Made by a program: the position numbers and the translations under genes
Shown here: positions 56,204-64,000 of the stretch, piece after piece
Position numbering within the stretch: the first letter of the stretch is position 1
Layout of the letters: each line of letters opens with the position of its first letter
Assembly: GCA_034520945.1 (NCBI GenBank)
Contig: JAXHNB010000010.1
Span: 192,001-256,000, forward strand
Reading direction: 5' to 3'
DNA: 64,000 nucleotides
Source: Trueperaceae bacterium
Lineage (GTDB): Bacteria > Deinococcota > Deinococci > Deinococcales > Trueperaceae
The notes under the pieces: generated by a model
Database searches by the model: none
Seen by the model: the letters and a program-made list of their open reading frames with translations, nothing else
What the model was told of the DNA's origin: nothing

Positions 56204-58409
56204 TCACGGCGCCTCTGTCGCCTGGAACGCGCTCCAGTTCAGCCAAATGTCGAACGGTCCCGCCGCATCGTCGGCGACGACCTCGACCGTCTCCCCGGCC
56301 ACGTTCATCGTGTTCAGGTCCGGGATGTCGAAGGTGAGGCAGTAGGTGCCGTCCGAAGCGGCCCGGAGGTCCGGGTGCGTGCGGGCGTCGCGCAGCGGCG
56401 CGGTGTACTCCAGGTACTCGTCCGGCGTGGACGCGTCCATGACCTCGGTGTGCACGCCGTAGAGGCGGAGGCACATCTCGGCCTCCTGCATGCGCGGCCG
56501 GAGCTCCACGTACCCGCCGAAGAAGCTGTCGTCGCTGCCGCCGCTGAAGTCGCCGTACTCGGACGGGATCTCCGGTTCGCCGTTCTCGACGTCGTCTTGG
56601 TCGAGGATCCAGTCGATGTCCTTCCCGCCCGTCCACCGCGTCCCGGGCAGGCTGGCGTCGCTTCCGCTGGCCTGCACCGTGCCGTACGAGTTCGGCGAGA
56701 CGTAGCTGCGGACGCGCTCGGGAAACGCGGTCGTGGCGTCGGTGGGGTCGTCCCGCGTCGGGTGAACATCCGCCCGGAAGCGCGTGAACACCGTGTACTC
56801 CACGCGCTTGTCCACCCTCGCGAGGGGGTGCGACACCAGGGCGCTGATCCGCCCGCTCCATTTCGTGAGCGGCACCTCGTTGCTGCGGAGCTCGTCCCCG
56901 CCGGCGTCGGCCTGCGCGTCGTGCACGGTGGCGTACACGCGGCCCGAGCGGTCCAGCGGCGCTACGGCGACGACCTCGCTCGCCGACCACCGCTGCACCT
57001 CGAGCTCGGTGCCGGACAGGAACACCCGTCCCGGTTCGGAACCGAACTGGCCGCGGAGCACCAGTTTGCCCTCCTGGTCGGCGGCGTTGTCCCTCACCTC
57101 GATCCGTTCGATGGCGGGGCGAAGCGCCAGGCGACCCTCGCCGTGGAAGGTCATGTTCACCTCGTCGCCGCCGAACGCGAAGGGACCCAACGTCCAGTCG
57201 GGCTTCTGGAAGCGATCGAGCCCCATCTCGGCCAGAGCCGGGCGTACATAGGCCGTGTCCCATGGGCGGTTCCAGGTTCCGCGCCCCAGCAGCATGCGGA
57301 AGGCGTGCTGGATGCTGCCCTGCGCGTAGGCCGCGTTGGTGTAGTTGTCGAACGACACCAGCCGCCGGGCGCTCTGCAGGACGGCGTTCCGCATCGGCCG
57401 GGGGTCGTACCCCTGGAACGGGTCGGCGCCGAAGTAGCAGGCGTGGATCATGGCGAAGCCGCCCGCCAGGTCCCAGTGCTTGGTAATGAAACGCTCGGTC
57501 ACGGCGACCTTGACCATGTCCGGCGCCGCGCCCTGATTGGCGTCGATGGAGATCACCAGATCGCCGGCCTGCAGTTCGTCCTGGTGTGCGTCGAACCACG
57601 CCTCCTCCAGCTCGACCTCGGTGGCGGTCTGCAGGGCGTAGCGGGCGTCGCCCAGTTCGGGGCCGTCCTCGTCGATGTCCGTCACCGGCCGGTAGGCGGC
57701 GCCGTGCGTGTCCAGGTACAGCACCCCGACGTCCTGGTAGCGACGCATGTCCGCCAAGCTGCCGCCGAGCGAGGAGACCTCGTACCCGCTGGCCTCCAGC
57801 AGGTCCGCCACGCTCTCGGCCTGCGCGTCTCCTCCGTCGATCGCGACCACCACGGCCTTCCGGCTGCCGGGCAGTTCCGCGGGCGGGGCGTCGGCGGCGG
57901 GTCGGATGCGTGCGGTGCGCGGGCGCGTCGGCGCGGAGCCCGGACCTGTTCGCCCCATGCGTGGGGCGCCCTCACCTGCGCTGTCGGCAGGCGTGCATGC
58001 GCTGTGGGAGCGTCCGCGCCGCGGCTTCCGTTGAAGCACCGTCCCCCGCCGCGGGCCGGTCGTTCATCACCACGAGCGGCAGGCCGCTGCGCAGCACGAT
58101 CGTGGCGGAAAGGAACGTCTCGTGCACCTCGGCCGCCGCCACCGCCGGCAGCTGCTCGACGCCATCGACGGCGTCCTGTAGTTCCGCCAGCAGGTCTCGG
58201 TCTTCGGGCGGCGTGCCGGGGGCGGGGAGGGCCGCGCGAACTTCGGCGGCGACGGCTTCGACGGCGTCCGCGGTGTCCTGGGTCGGCGGTGTCCCGTTGC
58301 CGGGCGAGGCGCCCTCGTGTTCGCCGCCGCATGCCACGGCCGCTAAAGCCAACATAAGGACGGCGCCCATCATGGTGCGTCTTGGGCGAGGGGGCAGCAA
58401 TGCGAACAT
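56204..58409 (-). pseudogene. Large lipoprotein split by a +1 frameshift near 57975-58035; contains caspase/gingipain-like and IPT/TIG-like segments
   Basis: 57972-58409 encodes a signal peptide, lipobox AVAC and a folded N-domain. The overlapping frame 56204-58039 has no convincing own start and carries VLYLDTHG, MIHACY and LVLRGQFGSEPGRV. Confidence 0.6.
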
Positions 58410-59010
58410 GGCGACCTACTTCGCAGAGGCACGCTTGGGGTGGACGAGGGCCTGGTGGACTTCAGTATAGCGGTGTCGAAGGAATGCGTTCAAACGCTTT
58501 CACGCGGACGGGCGACCACCGAGAGGAACGGTCGTAAAGGGTAGGTTAAAACTCCTCATGATTTGACACGGGGTACCTGTCGTCGTCGCACCGGAGTCTC
58601 CGCAACAGGGCAGCCGAAGGCGGGCGACATTTTCCGGCGCAACCGGCGGCAGGAGCTCCTTGGACGGTCAGCGCTGCCGACGCACCGCGGACCCAGCACT
58701 TGCGGCATCGCCCTTCGACAGGTCGAAGTTCCGAAGCGCCGTGGGGCCGCCACACCTGAAGCGAAGGTCCATCCCGGAATCCAGCGACAGGTACAGCGGC
58801 AAGTCCCGCACAAGGGGGGCGCGTTCTATCGGAGACGCTCATCGACGACTGGGTGAGCACGTCAAACGTCGGTGCTGCTGTACCTGCAGCGGAAGACGCC
58901 CGAGGAGCGATGGCGCGCACGCGCTGCAAACGGATGACGCACGCCTCACGCTCAAGCCGGGGAGCGCTCCCGGTCTGCACGATGCCCGAACCAACGCCGT
59001 CCGCGCCCGA

Positions 59011-60909
59011 TCAACCCTTCTCGACCGTAGGGAACGCGGCCACCCGCAGGTTTGTCGCGCCGTACGGAACGAGGCGCACCGACGCGGCCGGTCCGCGCTC
59101 GGTCTCGGGTCGCTCCGGTACGGGCGCGGCGGCGTTGTGCTCCAACCCCCACGAAGGCACCCGGCGCGCCCTGACCTGCGCGTGGACAGGCGCGCCAGCA
59201 GGCGAGAAGGGATGACTCGTGACGGCTTCTTCGCGAAAGTCGATCGAATCTTCGGGAGCGGGACCTAGCTCCAGAGCGTAGTTCCACGCGCTAGCGGGGT
59301 ATACCTCCCAGTCCTGGTGCGGCGCCTCGCCGCCGATGGTCCGCCAGTCCTCCTCGATTTCGAGGGCGAAGAGGACCGGTCCCCGGTGGATCGAGACGCT
59401 GTTGTGATAGCCGCGTTCGATCCGTGTCCTCATCGGAAGATGCAGTGTGACACCGGTCCCCGTGCGCTCGCCCAGAACTACCCGCGTGTAGCGGCCGGGC
59501 TCGACGGTTACGTCTGCGCCAGCGATGCTCGCTCCCTCTGCCCAACCCGGCACTCGGATGTCGACGGGCACCTCGACGGGGCGCTCGCTGCGCACGGAGA
59601 TGCGTACGTCTTGCTCGAACGGGTAGGCGGTCTCGATCATGAGGGTGACCTCGACGCCGTCGATCTTTGCCGTCGCCTCGCACGGGGCGAGGGCCGTGAT
59701 GGCGAAGCCGCCATGGTGGTTCCTCATCACGAGATGGTTCGCGAACTTGGGCCAACCTTGGTGAAAGTTGGCGGTGCAACAACCGAAGTTGGGCTCAAGC
59801 CCGAAAATGTTTGAGTGGGGTCCGTTCGTGGTGTAGACGTTGTCCTCTGCAACCCGGCATAGCACTTGGTTCACCTGCTGGTCGTACTGATGTGCCCACA
59901 TGTCAGGGCTCATCGTCGCCGGAAGCGCGTTGAACGCCACGCGCTCCAGGCGGTCGCCCAGCAAGGGATCGCCGACGGTCTCGGCGAGCACCTCGAGCGA
60001 ATACATGAACTCGACGACGGCGCACAGCTCCGTGCCTTGGCTCGGATTCAAGCCCGCGAGGTGCTCGTCTCCGGAGAACATGCCATTCGCTTGTCCGTGG
60101 TAGCGGTCGAGCACGGCGAGGATCCGTCGGTGCGCCTCACGATCCTCCAGGCGCCCCGACTGACGCCACCAGACCCCCGCCGCCTTGAGCGCCATCGCGT
60201 TGTTCACGACGTGCGTGCGTAGGTCGCACTCCTCACGCCGGGAGCGGTAGCGGTAGGGGAAGCGCTCGTAGTGCTCCCGCCAGGCGAAACCCTGCTCGTG
60301 CAGCTTCGCCGCCGTCTCGAGCAAAGCAGTGTCGCCAGTGCGTTCGTAGAGCCATTGCAGGCTGATCACCATGTCCGCCCAGCGATAGCGGGCCCAGGAA
60401 CGGAGATGCTCGGAGTCGAGCAGGGCGTCGAGGCGCCCGGCGAAGCGCGCGAGCGCAGGCACGACCCGTTCGTCCCCCGTCGCTTCCTGGTATTGCGTGA
60501 GCGCCTTGGCGACGATGAATACGGGCCACGGATCGTGCGGGTACCCGTAGTGGGCGTCGTGCACCGGTCCAAGCCACCCATTGTCGTGCTGCGCGCTCAG
60601 AATACAGTCTACCCAGTGCGAGACCTTATCCTTCAGCGTCGCATCGTCCAATAGGAACGCGAGCGGCACGGTGCCGTCGAGCCAGTACGGCCCGCGCTCC
60701 CACCCCTCGGCGTCCCCGCCGATCCAGCGGCTCTGGGCGACGTCGGGCCAAAACTCGTCGAGGTGGCCCGTCAAACCGTCCGCCTGCCGCTCAAGCTGAC
60801 GAAGTAGCCAGCCGCGGGGTCGGATCGCTCCCGGGGCGAGACGACTGAATGCGGTCGGTGCTAGCCCTAAGTCTTTTTTGTCCACGGAATTCCTTTCTGC
60901 CGGCGTCAT
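59011..60909 (-). CDS. Glycoside hydrolase family 127/146-like (beta-L-arabinofuranosidase)
   Basis: Start MTPAERN (ATGA overlap); IRPRGWL, GWERGPYWLDG, HVVN, SGDEHL, TELCAVVE, FGCCTAN. Confidence 0.9.
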   Translation of the reverse strand: MTPAERNSVDKKDLGLAPTAFSRLAPGAIRPRGWLLRQLERQADGLTGHLDEFWPDVAQSRWIGGDAEGWERGPYWLDGTVPLAFLLDDATLKDKVSHWVDCILSAQHDNGWLGPVHDAHYGYPHDPWPVFIVAKALTQYQEATGDERVVPALARFAGRLDALLDSEHLRSWARYRWADMVISLQWLYERTGDTALLETAAKLHEQGFAWREHYERFPYRYRSRREECDLRTHVVNNAMALKAAGVWWRQSGRLEDREAHRRILAVLDRYHGQANGMFSGDEHLAGLNPSQGTELCAVVEFMYSLEVLAETVGDPLLGDRLERVAFNALPATMSPDMWAHQYDQQVNQVLCRVAEDNVYTTNGPHSNIFGLEPNFGCCTANFHQGWPKFANHLVMRNHHGGFAITALAPCEATAKIDGVEVTLMIETAYPFEQDVRISVRSERPVEVPVDIRVPGWAEGASIAGADVTVEPGRYTRVVLGERTGTGVTLHLPMRTRIERGYHNSVSIHRGPVLFALEIEEDWRTIGGEAPHQDWEVYPASAWNYALELGPAPEDSIDFREEAVTSHPFSPAGAPVHAQVRARRVPSWGLEHNAAAPVPERPETERGPAASVRLVPYGATNLRVAAFPTVEKG

Positions 60910-61745
60910 CCCTTGACAGCTCCGCCCGTCACGCCGCTGATGAAGTACCTCTGGAGAAACAGGAAAACGATCATGATGGGAATGAAGCTGATGATGGCGC
61001 CCGACGTCAGGTACTCCCAGTTGGTCGTGTACCGGCCGGTGGCCAACTGCCGCAGGCCCACCGTCAGCAGCTTCATGCTCTCGTCGGTCGTGAACACTAG
61101 GGCGATGAGGAACTCGTTCCACGTGATGTAGAGGCTGTAGATCACCGTCGTCACCACGCCCGGCAGCACCAGCGGGAGCATGACCCGTCCCGCCACGACC
61201 AGTTCGGAGGCACCGTCGAGGAGGGCGGACTCTCGGAGCGAGACGGGTACTGTGGCGAAGGCATTGCGCATCATGAAGACGCCGAACGGAAGCTGAAAGG
61301 TCGTGTAGATGATGATGAGCCCGGCGTAGGTGTTGAGCAGACCCAGGGTTCGAACGAGCTGGAACAGCGGTACGAGGAGCGCCTGGAACGGGATCAACAT
61401 TGCAGCGACGATCGCGACAAAGAGAAATTCCTTCGCCCGGAACCGAAGGACCGCAAAGCCGTATCCGGCGAGGACGCTCACGAGGGCAACCAAACCAGCA
61501 GTCCCGACGCTGACGATTACGCTGTTGAGGAAGTATCGACGGAAGATGCCCTCACGCACCGTCCAGATGTCGAGATAGTTCGTGAGCGTCGCGTCTGAGG
61601 GAAGGAGCGTCGGTGGGTACACCATGATGTCGCCAGGGTGCTTGAGCGACGTGCTGACAGCCCACACCAACGGGGCGAGGAACAGGATCGCCAGGAGCAC
61701 GTGGAGAAGATACAGCGGAAGGTTCTTGGCGCGCGTTCGCAGCAC
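60906..61745 (-). CDS. Carbohydrate ABC permease (MalG-like)
   Basis: NSVIVS, LRESALLDGAS, WNEFL, LQRYFISG. Confidence 0.93.
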   Translation of the reverse strand: MLRTRAKNLPLYLLHVLLAILFLAPLVWAVSTSLKHPGDIMVYPPTLLPSDATLTNYLDIWTVREGIFRRYFLNSVIVSVGTAGLVALVSVLAGYGFAVLRFRAKEFLFVAIVAAMLIPFQALLVPLFQLVRTLGLLNTYAGLIIIYTTFQLPFGVFMMRNAFATVPVSLRESALLDGASELVVAGRVMLPLVLPGVVTTVIYSLYITWNEFLIALVFTTDESMKLLTVGLRQLATGRYTTNWEYLTSGAIISFIPIMIVFLFLQRYFISGVTGGAVKG

Positions 61746-61753
61746 GGGGACTC

Positions 61754-62707
61754 CTAGGCCGTCTCGCTTCGCAGGAGCCGAATCTGGACGACGCTGACGG
61801 CCAGGAGGATCAGTAGTAGCACGACCGCCATCGCCGAGCCGGCCCCTAGACGAAAGTGCAGGAAGCTGGTGTCGTAAATGTGCATCATCACCGTCTTCGT
61901 CGCGTTGGCGGGCCCTCCCCGCGTCATGATCACAAAATGGTCGAAGGCCAGGAACGAGCCTGCCATCGAGACGATCAGCGCGAGCGCGAAGCTAGGCTTC
62001 AGCAGCGGTAGCATCACGTGACGGACACGCTGCGTCGCGCTCGCCCCGTCGAGCGAGGCACTCTCGTACAGCTCGCGAGGGATGCTCTGCATGCCTGCCA
62101 GCAGGATCATCATGCTGAAACCGGCGGTTTTCCACACGATCATCACGATGATCGCCGGAAGACTCGTGGTGATCTCCCCCATCCACACGACGGGCTCGGC
62201 GATGATCCCCGCCTCCAGGAGGACGTAGTTGAGCAGGCCAAAGAGGTCATGATAGATCCACAGCCAGATGAGGCTCGCAGCTACGAACGACATCACGACG
62301 GGCAGGAAATAGATACCGCGAAAGAGCGAGATGCCGGGAATGGGACGGTCGACGAGCACGGCCAGCAGGAACGCCACCAGGAAGATCGCGGGCGTGACGA
62401 GCACTGTGTAGAGCAGCGTGAAGCGCATCGATTGAATAAAGGTGCCGTCGTTCAGCAGACCGACGTAGTTCTGGAATCCGATGAAGGTCTTCGATCCAAG
62501 GACCGGCCAGTCGTAGAACGACATCTGAAACGCCCGCAAGAGCGGATAGCCGAAGAACACCCCGATGAGAAGGAGGGCCGGCAGGACGAACAGATACCCG
62601 TTCAGTTCGTTGGCAATTCGCCGGCGCCACTTGGGTATGAGGCGTCTGCGGGAGCCGTGAGGCTCCCGCAGAGTCTTGGTCGAGGAGTCGGGGAGTGGTG
62701 TGGGCAT
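61754..62707 (-). CDS. Carbohydrate ABC permease (MalF-like)
   Basis: YLFVLP, FIGFQNY, ELYESASLDGAS, TRGGP. Confidence 0.93.
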   Translation of the reverse strand: MPTPLPDSSTKTLREPHGSRRRLIPKWRRRIANELNGYLFVLPALLLIGVFFGYPLLRAFQMSFYDWPVLGSKTFIGFQNYVGLLNDGTFIQSMRFTLLYTVLVTPAIFLVAFLLAVLVDRPIPGISLFRGIYFLPVVMSFVAASLIWLWIYHDLFGLLNYVLLEAGIIAEPVVWMGEITTSLPAIIVMIVWKTAGFSMMILLAGMQSIPRELYESASLDGASATQRVRHVMLPLLKPSFALALIVSMAGSFLAFDHFVIMTRGGPANATKTVMMHIYDTSFLHFRLGAGSAMAVVLLLILLAVSVVQIRLLRSETA

Positions 62708-62732
62708 CGCCGAAGGATGGGGATCCTTGGGT

Positions 62733-63974
62733 TCACTGCGCCCTGTCGAGGATCTCCTGCATCTGCTGGTTTGCTTCCTGGAGGGCCGCCTCGACCGGGA
62801 CCGTCTCGCGGAACGCCTTCTGCAAGCCTTCCAGGAACGGATCGTAGAGCTCGTTGTAGACGGTGGTGAACGGGACGCGGCCGTGACGCGACGCCTCTGC
62901 GAAGGTCAGGTAACGCGGCTCCTCCCGAAAGTACTCGTTGTCGTGCAGGTCGCTTCGCACTGGAATGATGCCGGAGCGGGCGAACACTTCCACCTGCACC
63001 TCGGGCGAGAGGAGGAACTCGATGAACTCCCATGCGGCGTCCTTGTGTTCGCTATCGTCGGGAACCGCGATCAGGTCGCCGCCAATGAAGGCACTGATCT
63101 CGCCCTCCTCCCGACCCGGGATCGGGGCGACGCCGAAGTCGATGTCGGGATGGTTGCGCGTGAGGTCTGAGACAACGAAGTTGCCAGTGCTGATCATTGC
63201 GATGCGGTTCTGCTTGAAGCCATCCTGGAAGTCGCTGTACGAGTAGGTGGCGGTGCCGGGGGGCGTGACCTCGTACTCGTTGATCATGTTGGTGAACATC
63301 TCCACCGCCTCGACCGTCACCGGGTGATCGAGTTCGGCCATCGTACCGTCGTCGGACACCCAGCGGCCGCCGCTCGCCCAGGCGTAGGGCATCATCGTGA
63401 ACATGAGGCCGCTCGCGTTGCCTCCTGAGAAGCCGTAACCGTACACGCCGTCACCGGTGAGCACCTCTGCCGCCTCGACGAGTTCGCCCCAGGTGCTCGG
63501 AGGATCGTCAGGATCAAGGCCGGCTTCTTCGAACATCGTGCGGTTGTATATGAGGGCCGAGACGTCCGCGGCGAACGGTACCGCGTACAACTCGTCGTTC
63601 CACGTGCCGAGTCGCAGCATCGCTTCGTTGAGCGTGTCACTGTATTCGAGGGACTCGATGTTCTCCGTGAGCTCGGTGAACGCGCCGATCGAGTTGTAGT
63701 AGGGCACGAGCACCAGGTCGATGCTGACGACGTCGGGGGCTGCGCCGCCGGCTAGGGCCGTGGTGAACCGTGCGGGGAAGTCGTCGGGATCGATGAGCGA
63801 GAAGTTCACGCGCAGGTCGCGCCCCTGTTCCTCCATGCGCTCGTTGAACGCTTCGAACGCTGGTTCGAGAGCGGGGGATCGCACCCAGACGTCCAGCTCT
63901 TGCGCTTGGGCGAATGTGAGGGCGATGGCGAACAAGGTCGATGTGATCATCGTGCGACGGATCAGCTTTTTCAT
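62733..63974 (-). CDS. Carbohydrate ABC substrate-binding protein (family 1)
   Basis: ATG after AGGAGG; signal peptide; APDV, YAVP, YNRTMF, PSTWGEL, AAWEFIEFL. Confidence 0.93.
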   Translation of the reverse strand: MKKLIRRTMITSTLFAIALTFAQAQELDVWVRSPALEPAFEAFNERMEEQGRDLRVNFSLIDPDDFPARFTTALAGGAAPDVVSIDLVLVPYYNSIGAFTELTENIESLEYSDTLNEAMLRLGTWNDELYAVPFAADVSALIYNRTMFEEAGLDPDDPPSTWGELVEAAEVLTGDGVYGYGFSGGNASGLMFTMMPYAWASGGRWVSDDGTMAELDHPVTVEAVEMFTNMINEYEVTPPGTATYSYSDFQDGFKQNRIAMISTGNFVVSDLTRNHPDIDFGVAPIPGREEGEISAFIGGDLIAVPDDSEHKDAAWEFIEFLLSPEVQVEVFARSGIIPVRSDLHDNEYFREEPRYLTFAEASRHGRVPFTTVYNELYDPFLEGLQKAFRETVPVEAALQEANQQMQEILDRAQ

Positions 63975-64000
63975 GTGAATCCTCCTGTCCGGATGGTGCC

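Noticed and set aside
58795..58835. GGCAAGTCCCGCACAAGGGGGGCGC resembling a c-di-GMP-I riboswitch
   Set aside because: No GNRA loop or receptor stem, and no downstream gene on that strand.

Overview
Chromosomal window of a very GC-rich, probably diderm bacterium. Deinococcota/Trueperaceae is an inference, based on non-lipidated acidic solute-binding proteins with 'A-x-A-Q' signal peptides, a porin/LolA-like locus and TAnnnT promoters close to start codons. I found no rRNA, tRNA, CRISPR array, integrase or intact transposase. About 55 CDSs, in order: IclR-regulated cyclic amidohydrolase plus amino-acid ABC operon; flavin reductase; nucleotidyltransferase/small-protein pair; ADP-ribosylglycohydrolase; monomeric isocitrate dehydrogenase; TetR-MMPL-LolA-like-porin operon; CDF metal transporter; a ~15 kb catabolic locus of two convergent operons (two Gfo/Idh/MocA oxidoreductases, DUF993, two sugar-phosphate-isomerase TIM barrels, GntR, sulfatase, two PHP/DUF3604-like paralogs, an enolase-superfamily enzyme, TctABC) whose promoter regions share an identical 11-nt all-AT motif; 7TM-PAS-GGDEF cyclase; EcsC; NagA; a Tat-less Mo-bisPGD complex with fused FeS-NrfD subunit and TorD-like chaperone; sbcD and a frameshifted sbcC; a HigBA-like TA pair whose toxin appears to start at CTG; an Ldh_2-Hyi-cupin cassette; HicAB; Nit1 with a GsiB-like ABC system; tatA; a frameshifted lipoprotein with a caspase/gingipain-like His-Cys dyad; and a GH127-like sugar ABC operon. 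The best candidates for undescribed systems are the GntR catabolic regulon, the Mo enzyme complex, the CTG-start toxin and the clan-CD-like lipoprotein. All family calls come from motif recognition by eye, not database searches.
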